From Rhodothermaceae bacterium (GTDB lineage Bacteria; Bacteroidota; Ignavibacteria; Ignavibacteriales; Melioribacteraceae): a DNA stretch of 64,000 bases. Positions within the stretch are counted from its first letter, which is position 1. The number at the start of each line of letters is the position of its first letter. The translations under genes and the position numbers were made by a program. This document shows positions 39,902 through 49,175 of the stretch, piece by piece. The stretch covers positions 11,464-75,463 of the forward strand of contig JBGRQB010000002.1 of assembly GCA_041725875.1 (NCBI GenBank). Reading direction: 5' to 3'. The notes under the pieces were generated by a model. It saw nothing but the letters and a program-made list of their open reading frames with translations, was not told the origin of the DNA and made no database searches.

Positions 39902-41365
39902 ATGAAATTTGCTGCAAAAATTTTGATCGCTTTTCTGTTTTTGTCATTAATTCAGGCGCAATCGTTTGAAAAATATTTTCACGACAGTACAATGAGAATC
40001 GATTATCATCACACCGGAGATAAAACTTCGGAATGGGTTTCGGTTGATAAAATATATAAATATGGTACCTGGGCAGGAAGCAAAAAGAACCTGACAGATA
40101 AATTTAATAATGGTCGCTTTTACATTAAAGTGTACGATGCTGCTGATAAATCGTTGATTTACTCAAAAGGTTTCGACAGTTACTTTGGTGAATATCAGAT
40201 GAGCGGTCCGGCTGCAAAAGGTATTAAAAAAGCATTTCACGAAACGGCATTAATTCCTTACCCGAAAAATAAAGTGAAATTTGTTGTTGAAAAAAGGGAT
40301 GACAAAAAAGAGCTTTATAAAATATTTGAAACTGAAATTGATCCTTCCAGCATTGATATTATAAGAATGAACTTTGAAGAAAAAGATATTCTTGTTTATA
40401 AAAGTCACGTAAGCGGAAACCCTCACACAAGTATGGATCTTGCAATTATTGGTGACGGTTACTCATCAAACGATGTTGAGAAGTTTAAGTCGGATATTGA
40501 CCGTTTTACAAAACTGATGTTAAAAACAGAACCTTATGTTCATTTTCAGGATAAGATAAATATTTACGGAGTTTTAAAACCTTCAAGTGAATCAGGTATT
40601 GATGAACCGCGTGCAGATATTTATCAAAACACTTCTTTAAGCTCTACTTTTAACTCAATGGGTTCCGAAAGATACCTTCTTACAGAAGATAACAAAGCTT
40701 TAAGAGATGTTGCGGCAAATGTTCCTTACGATGCAGTTGCAATTATGGTTAATCATCATCGTTACGGCGGCGGCGGAATCTACAATTTCTACTGCACATT
40801 TACTACCGATAATCAATTTGCAGATTATTTATTCCTTCACGAATTTGGACATTCTTTTACCGGACTGGCAGATGAATATTACACTTCATCAACTGCTTAT
40901 AATGAAATGTTCAAACTTGATATTGAACCTCTTGAGCCAAACATAACTGCTTTGTTGGATAAAGATAATCTGAAATGGAAAAAACTTGTTACAAAAGGCT
41001 TGAGTCTGCCAACAAAATGGGAAAAAGAAGCTTACGATAAAAAATCTTATGAGTGGACAAAAGAACGCGCAAAGTTAAATAGCAAAGTTGCAGAGTTAAA
41101 AAGAAATAAAGCATCAAAAGAAGAGATTGAAGCAGCAGAAAAATTATATGCTGAAAAGGATGCGGAAAATTCAAAATGGGTAGATGAATATCTGCAGAAT
41201 TGCAAACACTTTGGAAAAGTTGGTGCTTTTGAAGGAGCTGGCTATTTACAGTTTGGAATGTACAGACCGGAACTTGATTGTATAATGTTCTCAAAAGGAG
41301 TTAAACCATTCTGTAAAGTATGTCAAAGCGCAATTGCAAAAGTTATAAAATCATATACTGAATAA
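39902..41365 (+). CDS. M64 (IgA peptidase-like) family metallopeptidase, secreted
   Basis: Signal peptide, IIGDGYSSNDVEKF block and an HEFGHSF zinc motif. Confidence 0.78.
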   Translation: MKFAAKILIAFLFLSLIQAQSFEKYFHDSTMRIDYHHTGDKTSEWVSVDKIYKYGTWAGSKKNLTDKFNNGRFYIKVYDAADKSLIYSKGFDSYFGEYQMSGPAAKGIKKAFHETALIPYPKNKVKFVVEKRDDKKELYKIFETEIDPSSIDIIRMNFEEKDILVYKSHVSGNPHTSMDLAIIGDGYSSNDVEKFKSDIDRFTKLMLKTEPYVHFQDKINIYGVLKPSSESGIDEPRADIYQNTSLSSTFNSMGSERYLLTEDNKALRDVAANVPYDAVAIMVNHHRYGGGGIYNFYCTFTTDNQFADYLFLHEFGHSFTGLADEYYTSSTAYNEMFKLDIEPLEPNITALLDKDNLKWKKLVTKGLSLPTKWEKEAYDKKSYEWTKERAKLNSKVAELKRNKASKEEIEAAEKLYAEKDAENSKWVDEYLQNCKHFGKVGAFEGAGYLQFGMYRPELDCIMFSKGVKPFCKVCQSAIAKVIKSYTE

Positions 41366-41389
41366 TATAAAAGAGAAATTCAATAATTA

Positions 41390-41418
41390 ACCTGGAAGGT
41401 TCTCCGAACCTCCCAGGT
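41390..41418 (+). terminator. GC-rich hairpin after the M64 gene (no clear T tract)
   Basis: ACCTGGAAGGTT-CTCCG-AACCTCCCAGGT, 11 of 12 positions paired. Confidence 0.45.
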
Positions 41419-41556
41419 CGAGGGCTTTCCGTAAGGGAAAAAAAGAGGGTAGTTGAGTTTACAAAAATGTAAGTTTAATTTCAAGGGTAACTTCTTTCAG
41501 ACAAAACTTTTTAACAAAAAACAGCTTAAATTTCTAATTTTTAACCTCAAATTTGG

Positions 41557-41665
41557 GTATGACAAAATGTCATATATGGCGGTACGGATCTATAGCGGCT
41601 TTATCTCGGAGTTGTACCGGAGTTATAGCGGAGTGGTAATTCAGGCTAAAATGTATGACAAAATG
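41557..41665. repeat. phased 11-nt repeat array (5 units, 41585..41639) bracketed by 13-nt direct repeat GTATGACAAAATG (41557..41569 and 41653..41665)
   Basis: The units are CGGATCTATAG, CGGCTTTATCT, CGGAGTTGTAC, CGGAGTTATAG and CGGAGTGGTAA, each starting exactly 11 nt after the previous one. The first direct-repeat copy is part of the palindrome TATGACA-AAA-TGTCATA. Confidence 0.7.
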
Positions 41666-41938
41666 GCAGATTCCCCATTATTTTTACTAAAAACCGGAGG
41701 ATTGAACAGAGATTTTGCGACTGATTTTCTTTCCGGAAATGAAGTTAATTTAAAGTTTGCTTTTTTGTAACTTGATTTTGAAATGTAGCGGGTAGTCGAC
41801 GACTTTAGTCGTCGCTGCACAATAGAAACAATTACAATAAAACCATTTATTTTTTATCGAATTTGATATATTAATTTTATATTTTCAGTAAAAGAATCGA
41901 TTCTATAGAAAAGAGTTAATCAACAGAAAGGTGGGCGC

Positions 41939-42505
41939 ATGAAAGTTATAATATCAATCTTGGCAGCTATATTGCTGGTATCCTGTAGTCATTTAAATAC
42001 TTATAAACCTGTTGATGATGTAAAAACACTTGATGTAAAATTTGGTTTTTACAAGTGGAACGGAATTAAAATTCCAAAAGAAGGCATTAGTATTAAATGC
42101 GGCGGTGACGGAATCAGTCCCGATTTTTACGTTTCAAATATTCCCAAAGGTGCAAATGCAATTTTGCTTGAGTATGAGGATTCATATCTGAAAAGATTGG
42201 GATATCCTATGAGTAACGGGGCTTACTGGATTTCTACCGACGGGAAAACAGAAGTTTACGTTCCAAGTGTTGTTGAAGGAACAAGGGAATTACCGGAAGG
42301 TATTTATGTTGAAAGAGAACATTCCGGAAGTAAGGTTTTTAACGAAGCCACAGGAGTTTACAGAGCTCCAAACAGTTGTTACTTTACCAATAAGGGAGCC
42401 GGACATCGTTATTTTGTGCATGTAAAAGCAGTCTATAAACCTTATGATGAAGAAGATCAGGGACTGCTTTTAGGTTATGCATTTCTGGAACTAGGCACTT
42501 TTTAA
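41939..42505 (+). CDS. lipoprotein, PEBP (YbhB/YbcL)-like
   Basis: Lipobox LLVSC; GISPDFYVSNIPKGANAILLEYED and GAGHRYFVHVKAVY resemble PEBP family signature regions. Motif-level only. Confidence 0.5.
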   Translation: MKVIISILAAILLVSCSHLNTYKPVDDVKTLDVKFGFYKWNGIKIPKEGISIKCGGDGISPDFYVSNIPKGANAILLEYEDSYLKRLGYPMSNGAYWISTDGKTEVYVPSVVEGTRELPEGIYVEREHSGSKVFNEATGVYRAPNSCYFTNKGAGHRYFVHVKAVYKPYDEEDQGLLLGYAFLELGTF

Positions 42506-44529
42506 TCTGGTAAAATTTCCCTGAGTAATTTTTTGGCAGTCTCAACAGGAAGTTTACAAGTGTTATTTTTACAAGCATAATAAAGAGTTTGTTTGTCGGC
42601 AAAGCGATTTTTAACAATATCTAAAGTTGCTTTGTTTTTTCCTCCTGCAACAATAATGTTTGGGAGAAAATTTTCCGACAGGCAGACTCTGAATTTTTCT
42701 GCATCTTCTCCTGTAATCACAACTTCATAAAAATCGTTTACAAAGTTAATCAGCAGTCTGCTCCAGTTTGCGTAGTAAAAATTACCTTTTACAAGTGAAG
42801 AGAAAATGTTTTTCAGCATTTGTCCTGCTGAATTTACCAGTTCATTTTTTCCTGAAAGTTTTCCGAGTCTGAATAAATTCCAGGCCATAACAGAATTGGA
42901 ACCAGGAATTACATTATCAATTATTTCAGATTTTTTGGCAATCAATTCTTTATCAAGATCACTTGTGTAAAAATACATTCCGTTAGATTTATCTAAAAAG
43001 TGAGTATTAACATAGCCGGTTAGTTTTTCAGCAAGGTATATCCATTTTTCATCAAATGTTACCTGATACAAATCGATAAATGCTTCAATAAGATTTGCAT
43101 AATCATCCAGATATGCGTTTATGTTAGAGCAATTATTTTTGAAATTACGATCGAGTTTTCCGTCATCTTTAACAAGATTTTTTTCAATGAACAAAGCATT
43201 TTTAAGAGCTTTATCCAGAAAACTTTTTTCGTTAAAAACTTTGTAAGCTGTTGTTAATCCTTTTAACATCAGTGCATTCCACGATGTTAAAATTTTATCA
43301 TCAAGTGCGGGACGAACTCTTTTTGCGCGTTCTGATAAAAGAGTCTTTTTGGTTTTCTCCAGTAAATCAGAAAACATTTTTTGATCAATATTATTTTGTT
43401 TTGCAAATTCTTCTGGAGTAAAAGAAGGATGTAAAATATTGTTCCCTTCCCAGTTTCCTGTTTCGGTTATATTGTAATATTTATTAATTAATTCAGCATC
43501 CTTACCAATAAGTTTTTCAATTTCTTTTTTTGTCCAGACGTAAAATTTCCCTTCAACTCCTTCACTGTCAGCATCAAGTGCAGAATAAAATCCTCCCTGG
43601 GGAGAGGTTAATTCTCTTTCAACAAACTCAATTGTTTCATAAACAATATCTTTATAGAGTTTATTTTTTGTAATCTGAAAAGCGTTGGAATAGAGTGAAA
43701 CAAGCTGTGCATTATCGTAAAGCATTTTTTCAAAATGGGGTGCGTGCCAGAATTTATCAACAGAGTAGCGGGCAAATCCTCCTCCTGCCTGATCGTAAAT
43801 TCCGCCAAGAGCCATATTTTTTAATGTGATTTCAACAGCATTAAGCGCGCGGGGATTTTTTGTGCGGAAATAGTATTCCAGTAAAAATTCATATCCTACA
43901 GGGAGCGGGAATTTTGGCTGACCCGGAGTGCCGCCAAATTCAAAATCGATGTTTTGTAAAACTTCGTCAGCAATTTTTTCAACATCCTGATTTGTAAAGT
44001 TTTGCTCGCCGTCAACAGGATGAATTATATCACTTTTGTTAATTCCTTCTGTAATGGCTTCTGCCTGTTCAATCAGTTTTTCAGGAGCTTTTTCCCAGAT
44101 ATCGGTTATCTGGTTAAGGAGTTTTATCCAGTTTTCTCTGGGATAATATGTACCGGCAAAAACGGGTCGGCCGTCAGGCAGGGTAATTGCATTTAAGGGC
44201 CATCCGCCGGAGCGGTTGATGAGCATTGATGCGTTCATATAAACCTGATCTACATCGGGGCGTTCTTCACGGTCAACTTTTACAGGAATAAAACCGGAGT
44301 TCATAATTTCTGCAACTTCCGGATCTTCAAAAGATTCGTGCTCCATTACGTGACACCAATGACAGGCAGCATAACCGATACTTACAATCATCAGTTTGTT
44401 CTGCTGCTGTGCATCGTTTAAAGTTTTATCATTCCACGCCTGCCAGTTTACAGGGTTGTGTGCGTGAGTCAGTAAATAGGGACTTGTTTCATTTATAAGT
44501 GAATTTGTGTATTTATGATCGGTGTGCAT
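42502..44529 (-). CDS. thioredoxin-domain protein (YyaL/DUF255 type with six-hairpin glycosidase-like C-terminal domain)
   Basis: SPYLLTHAHNPVNWQAW, GYAACHWCHVMEHESF and VKVDREERPD motifs; 675 aa. Confidence 0.88.
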   Translation of the reverse strand: MHTDHKYTNSLINETSPYLLTHAHNPVNWQAWNDKTLNDAQQQNKLMIVSIGYAACHWCHVMEHESFEDPEVAEIMNSGFIPVKVDREERPDVDQVYMNASMLINRSGGWPLNAITLPDGRPVFAGTYYPRENWIKLLNQITDIWEKAPEKLIEQAEAITEGINKSDIIHPVDGEQNFTNQDVEKIADEVLQNIDFEFGGTPGQPKFPLPVGYEFLLEYYFRTKNPRALNAVEITLKNMALGGIYDQAGGGFARYSVDKFWHAPHFEKMLYDNAQLVSLYSNAFQITKNKLYKDIVYETIEFVERELTSPQGGFYSALDADSEGVEGKFYVWTKKEIEKLIGKDAELINKYYNITETGNWEGNNILHPSFTPEEFAKQNNIDQKMFSDLLEKTKKTLLSERAKRVRPALDDKILTSWNALMLKGLTTAYKVFNEKSFLDKALKNALFIEKNLVKDDGKLDRNFKNNCSNINAYLDDYANLIEAFIDLYQVTFDEKWIYLAEKLTGYVNTHFLDKSNGMYFYTSDLDKELIAKKSEIIDNVIPGSNSVMAWNLFRLGKLSGKNELVNSAGQMLKNIFSSLVKGNFYYANWSRLLINFVNDFYEVVITGEDAEKFRVCLSENFLPNIIVAGGKNKATLDIVKNRFADKQTLYYACKNNTCKLPVETAKKLLREILPD

Positions 44530-44657
44530 TTTTCTATCCTTTATATTAGCCTTATCAATAGAAGATATTCGAATAAAATCGTTTCTTCTTCATAGAAGAG
44601 GAGCCAATATAATAAAATAGGATGTTATATCCAATTTAAGGTAGTGCACACCGTAAG

Positions 44658-45338
44658 TTAATTCTTCTGATACAAATGCACTCTTATTATTGATTTAAAT
44701 CTGAATTGATCAACAGGTATATTCTGACTCCGGGCATAGCTTTCGGTAATAACTTCTGCTTTTTCCCAGCATCGTTTTTTTTGCTGTTCTTTGGTCAGAA
44801 AATGATCGATAAGAGCTTTATAGTTTTCCAGAGAGCGTTCAAAGTAGTAGAACTCTTCACTCAGTAAAGTGAATTTTTTATTTGTGTACTTTTGTAAAAC
44901 CTGCTGAGTTTTTTCCTGAATAAATTTTTCATCAGCGGCAAGTTTTACAAGTTCGTAATAAGAGCCTTGTTCCGAGACCGGTTCCACAATAATTGCTTTT
45001 CCGCCCGGTTTTAAAACACGTTTGCATTCGTTAATTCCGTCATCCATTTTTTCTACAGGAATGTGGTGAAAGCTGGCAATGTAAAAAATGTAATCGGCAA
45101 AGTTATCTTCAAAAGGAAGGTTTTCGCCAACTGCATTTATATATTTTTCATTTGCTTCAGTTGGAACTGCTGTTGCTTTTGATAATTCCGGTTCTATTTC
45201 CAGACCGGTTACATTTGCATTTTGAGAGGCAAACCATCTTACAAGATGACCTGTACCGCAGCCGACATCAATAATTTGTTTGTCAGCGAAATTGTCGAGC
45301 GTTTTGATGAAATCAATATCAGACGTAATTTTTTTCAT
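44658..45338 (-). CDS. class I SAM-dependent methyltransferase
   Basis: DVGCGTGHL motif I and LKPGGKAII post-II region. Confidence 0.85.
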   Translation of the reverse strand: MKKITSDIDFIKTLDNFADKQIIDVGCGTGHLVRWFASQNANVTGLEIEPELSKATAVPTEANEKYINAVGENLPFEDNFADYIFYIASFHHIPVEKMDDGINECKRVLKPGGKAIIVEPVSEQGSYYELVKLAADEKFIQEKTQQVLQKYTNKKFTLLSEEFYYFERSLENYKALIDHFLTKEQQKKRCWEKAEVITESYARSQNIPVDQFRFKSIIRVHLYQKN

Positions 45339-45339
45339 T

Positions 45340-45756
45340 TTATCCCAAAATTAATTTAATTTCCATCCCCGGTGCGTTTTCGGGTCGTGAAACAAAACCA
45401 TACTTTTCATAAAACTCTTTTTTATCTTTTGCACAGAAAAGTTGAATATCGCGTATTTTGTGTTCGAGGCATTTTTTTACCAGTCTGTCAAGAAGCTCTT
45501 TCCCTATTCCGTTTCCCTGATATTTGGGAAGAATAATCATATCAAGAATAAGTGCATGCACAACACCGTCGCAAACAATTCTTCCAAAGCCTATAAGTTT
45601 TTTATCATCATAAACTGAAATGTAATACCAGGAATTTTGAATGGCGGTGAGTAATTCTTTTGCAGAAAGCTGATAAGTGGAGTTCCAGCCGGTGGTTTCA
45701 AATAATTCTAAAAAGTTTTTTGCAGAAGGTTTTTGTGCAGAGTATTTTAATTTCAT
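45340..45756 (-). CDS. GNAT family N-acetyltransferase
   Basis: ILPKYQGNGIGKELL acetyl-CoA binding motif and FYEKYGF; 138 aa. Confidence 0.88.
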   Translation of the reverse strand: MKLKYSAQKPSAKNFLELFETTGWNSTYQLSAKELLTAIQNSWYYISVYDDKKLIGFGRIVCDGVVHALILDMIILPKYQGNGIGKELLDRLVKKCLEHKIRDIQLFCAKDKKEFYEKYGFVSRPENAPGMEIKLILG

Positions 45757-45831
45757 AACTCTCCTGATTTTAGAAAAGTTTATTTTCAGTTAGTCAGAAA
45801 TCAAAATATAATAATTCAGATCAATAAACAA

Positions 45832-45851
45832 CTCCCCGGTTACCCGGGGAG
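45832..45851 (-). terminator. hairpin downstream of the FtsX-type permease gene
   Basis: CTCCCCGG-TTAC-CCGGGGAG. On the minus strand it is followed by TTGTTTATT. Confidence 0.65.
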
Positions 45852-45857
45852 ATAAAT

Positions 45858-48416
45858 TTATTCGTTGCGCAGACTGTCAATAGGGTTGGAGGTTGCGGCT
45901 TTGTAGGTTTGCATACTCACAGTTAAAAGAGCAACTGCAAGTGCTATTAAAGCGCTTAATAAAAATGTAAGCCAGCCGATATCTATTTTATAGGCAAAAT
46001 CGTTTAGCCAGTCGGAAGCATAATAATACCCTATCGGAATAGCGATAACGTTTGCAATTAAAATCCACTTGGTAAATTCTTTTGAAAGAATGAGCATTAT
46101 GTTGTTTACGGAAGCGCCCATAACTTTTCTAATTCCAATCTCTTTGGTTCTCTGCTCTGCCATAAATGCTGCAAGGCCGAATAATCCGAGACAGGAAATT
46201 AAGATAGCAAACAATGTGAAAATATGAATAAGTTCTTTATACTTTGTTTCGTTTCTGTAAAGTGAATCGAAACGTTCATCAAGAAAGCTGTAGTTAAAGG
46301 GAAACTTTGGTGCAAAATTTAAAACAGTGCTCTCTATTGTGTTTATTGTATTTTCCAGATTATCGGAATTAACCTTTACCAGCAGGTAATTTTTGCTATT
46401 CCCTCTTTTTGAGGTAAACATTACAAGGGGAGAAATCTTTTCACTAAGCGGATGAAAATGGAAATCGGAAACAACACCTTTAATTTTTACAAGATCTCCA
46501 TCCCAGTTTAGACTTCTTCCTTCAAAGGAATTCCAATCGAGTATTTTTGCAAAGGTTCTGTTAATAACAACATAGTTTGTATCTGAAGTTCTTCCGCTGA
46601 AAAACTTTCCTTCTTCAAGATTAATTTCCATTGTTTTCAAATAATCTTCATCAGTAAACATAAGGGTAACAAGAGGTTTTAATTCAGGGTCTTTTCCTTC
46701 CCAATCAAAGCCGTGTGTATTCCAGTAAACTCCTGTAGGGAGATGAGAAGAAGCGGTTATACTTTTTATTGAAGAGTTTTTAAGTAATTCATTTTTAAGA
46801 GGAATAACACTGTTTTTAACTTGTCCGTTTAATCTGAAATATAAAATTTGTTCTTTGCTAAGTCCCAGATTTTTATTTTTCATAAAATCTAATTGTCTGT
46901 ATATAGTTGTTGAAGAAATTATAAGCACAACTGTAATTGTAAACTGGGCAATAACAAGAATGGTTCGGAAAGATTTGTTTTTTGATGAGTTTGAAATTTC
47001 TCCTTTTAGAACCTTTCCCGGGATAAAGGATGAAAGATATAAAGCAGGATAACTTCCTGCCAGGAGTCCGGTTAAAAAAGTTATTGCCAAAATACCGAGT
47101 AAGATATTCTGGTTCAGAAAATCTGAAATAAGATATTGTTTATTTGCAATATCGTTAAAGAACGGAACCGAAAAGATTACAAGGAGAATTGAGAGAACAA
47201 AAGAAATCAGTGTAATTAAAAATGATTCTCCGAGAAACTGAAAAATCAATTGTTTGCGCACTGCTCCTACAACTTTTCTTAGGCCCACTTCTCTGGCTCG
47301 TTTTGCAGATCTTGCAGTTGAAAGGTTCATAAAATTTATACAGGCAACCAGCAGTATTAAAATACCAATTATCTGAAAGAGGCGGATTTTTTCTATTTGT
47401 CCGAAACTAATTAAGTAATCTTCTGCAAAAAGAGAAACGTGAAGTTTGTAATTTGAACTCTGCTCGTAGTTTTGAATATAATTTTTGATTTTTTTGGCAA
47501 ATGTGTCTTTTGTAGTTCCTTTGTTTAAAGTAACAAAAGTTGCGTATGAGCAATCGTGCCAGACTTTTGTTTTTCCCGGTATATTCAGAAATGTTTCAAG
47601 AAATTCCAAAGGCATCAAAATATGTAATTTGATAGATGAATTTTTTGGAGGGTTTTCTATTACTGCCGTAACTTTAAGATTATATTTATCATTCATTATT
47701 AAAGTTTTACCCACGGCATCTTCTTTTCCAAAATATTTTTCTGCCATCTTTTCAGAAATTACCACCTGATAAATATCTTTACTTTCTTTATTAATTACCC
47801 CTGATTTAACAGGAAATGTGAAGATATCAAAAAGAGAGTAATCACCTGCCTGGAATTTTTCCTGAAAAGTGATGTCGCTTCCGTTGCTAAAATATGCCCA
47901 GTCAGCCCCTGCTCTTAATCTTGCAGAGTTTGTGATCTCTTCATAGTCTTCTTTTAGCTGCAGACCCACCATTGGAGGAGCACCGAAAAAAGGACGATTA
48001 TTTTTAAAGCCGGCACTTACTCTGTGAATGTTATCGATGTTTTTGTGAAACATATTTGTGGATAATTCATCTTCTGTCCAGCGGAAAATGATAATTGCGG
48101 CTGCCAGACCAATTGCAAGTCCGAAAATATTAATAAAGGAATAGACTTTATTTTTAGAAATATTTCTCAGCGCTATTTTGAAATAGTTTTTGAACATTAT
48201 TGTCCCCCAAAAGAAAGATATATTAAAAAAGTGCGGTAAAGAAAGGATTACCTGCTTCCAGTACCATTTTTGAGCTGAAGAGATTCCCTGACTTTCTGCA
48301 ATGGATTGAAAAGCTTCCTCCATATCTCCGAGTCGGTAAGAAATATCTTCTCTGCGAAAACTTACTCTGAGAAGAAGCTCGGCAAGTTTATTTGGTTTAT
48401 GCTGCTTTTTATTCAA
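45858..48416 (-). CDS. ABC transporter permease, duplicated MacB/FtsX type
   Basis: 852 aa with two MacB-like periplasmic domains and two FtsX 4-TM modules (REVGLRKVVGA and EIGIRKVMGA loops). The cytoplasmic N-terminal leader is typical of PadR-linked permeases. Confidence 0.88.
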   Translation of the reverse strand: MNKKQHKPNKLAELLLRVSFRREDISYRLGDMEEAFQSIAESQGISSAQKWYWKQVILSLPHFFNISFFWGTIMFKNYFKIALRNISKNKVYSFINIFGLAIGLAAAIIIFRWTEDELSTNMFHKNIDNIHRVSAGFKNNRPFFGAPPMVGLQLKEDYEEITNSARLRAGADWAYFSNGSDITFQEKFQAGDYSLFDIFTFPVKSGVINKESKDIYQVVISEKMAEKYFGKEDAVGKTLIMNDKYNLKVTAVIENPPKNSSIKLHILMPLEFLETFLNIPGKTKVWHDCSYATFVTLNKGTTKDTFAKKIKNYIQNYEQSSNYKLHVSLFAEDYLISFGQIEKIRLFQIIGILILLVACINFMNLSTARSAKRAREVGLRKVVGAVRKQLIFQFLGESFLITLISFVLSILLVIFSVPFFNDIANKQYLISDFLNQNILLGILAITFLTGLLAGSYPALYLSSFIPGKVLKGEISNSSKNKSFRTILVIAQFTITVVLIISSTTIYRQLDFMKNKNLGLSKEQILYFRLNGQVKNSVIPLKNELLKNSSIKSITASSHLPTGVYWNTHGFDWEGKDPELKPLVTLMFTDEDYLKTMEINLEEGKFFSGRTSDTNYVVINRTFAKILDWNSFEGRSLNWDGDLVKIKGVVSDFHFHPLSEKISPLVMFTSKRGNSKNYLLVKVNSDNLENTINTIESTVLNFAPKFPFNYSFLDERFDSLYRNETKYKELIHIFTLFAILISCLGLFGLAAFMAEQRTKEIGIRKVMGASVNNIMLILSKEFTKWILIANVIAIPIGYYYASDWLNDFAYKIDIGWLTFLLSALIALAVALLTVSMQTYKAATSNPIDSLRNE

Positions 48417-48424
48417 TTTAACTC

Positions 48425-48745
48425 CTAATCGAAAGCCACTTCCGGAATATCTTTCCAGATTTCAGTTTGAATTGTGCGAATTTGTTTTAGTGCGTCTTTC
48501 CCGATATCGGTAAGTTCATAAAGGCATTTACTTCTTCCGCCTCGTACAGATTCGGGAGTGCTCATATATTTACGCACGTAGCGTTTGCTTGTTAATTTAT
48601 CCAGCGGCATATAGATAGCTCCAAAGGGCCAGTCTTTGCCGGTTTGCAGTGAAACCAGTTCTCTGATTGTAACTCCGTAAGCATTACCTTTTAGTCGCCA
48701 GATAGCCAGTAAAATTATTTCTTCATTTCTTGATAAAAACTTCAT
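48425..48745 (-). CDS. PadR family transcriptional regulator
   Basis: EEIILLAIWRLKGNAYGVTIRELV...GAIYMPLDKLTSKRYV winged-helix pattern; stop lies 8 nt before the permease start. Confidence 0.9.
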   Translation of the reverse strand: MKFLSRNEEIILLAIWRLKGNAYGVTIRELVSLQTGKDWPFGAIYMPLDKLTSKRYVRKYMSTPESVRGGRSKCLYELTDIGKDALKQIRTIQTEIWKDIPEVAFD

Positions 48746-48915
48746 AGTTTTCTCCGGATTATAACTATAATATTTTTAGACTAATAGATTTTAGAAAAGG
48801 TTGCACTAATGTATAAAAAAATTATACATATATAATAAATCAGGGCGGGTCTTTAAGAAGATAAATCTAAATATTGCTTGATTTAAGTATAACAATGCTG
48901 TACGTTTAGGTTAAA

Positions 48916-49164
48916 ATGGAGGAATTTATGCAGGAAATACCGATAGATAAATTTAGAGATAATTTCGAAAAATATGCTGATTCGGCGATTTTAAATAATG
49001 AACCTTTTAGAGTGAGTTGCGAGACAGATAAAAATTTTATTGTAGTATCGGCTGAAGAGTGGGAACGTGATCAGGAAACTTTGTATGTTTTACAAAACAC
49101 TTCTTTGATGAATCAATTGTTAAAATCAAATGAAACTCATAACACAAGAATGGTTGTTGATTGA
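48916..49164 (+). CDS. Phd/YefM family antitoxin-like protein (no cognate toxin gene)
   Basis: IPIDKFRDNFEKYADSAILNNEPFRV...FIVVSAEEWERDQETLYVLQN matches the Phd/YefM fold pattern. The real start may be the second ATG (48928), which is preceded by GGAGGA. Confidence 0.7.
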   Translation: MEEFMQEIPIDKFRDNFEKYADSAILNNEPFRVSCETDKNFIVVSAEEWERDQETLYVLQNTSLMNQLLKSNETHNTRMVVD

Positions 49165-49175
49165 TAATAAAATTG

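Noticed and set aside
41390-41450. Possible SRP, RNase P or tmRNA gene, suggested by the CCCAGGTC and GAGGGCTTTCC strings
   Set aside because: The diagnostic cores are absent: GGAAGCAGCC for SRP domain IV, GAGGAAAGTCC for RNase P, and the tRNA-like ends of tmRNA.
41453-41770. 105-aa ORF in the long intergenic region
   Set aside because: It starts at a non-ATG (TTG) codon with no SD. The product is low-complexity and rich in K/F/N, as expected from translating AT-rich non-coding DNA. It also spans an 11-nt periodic repeat that is incompatible with coding periodicity.
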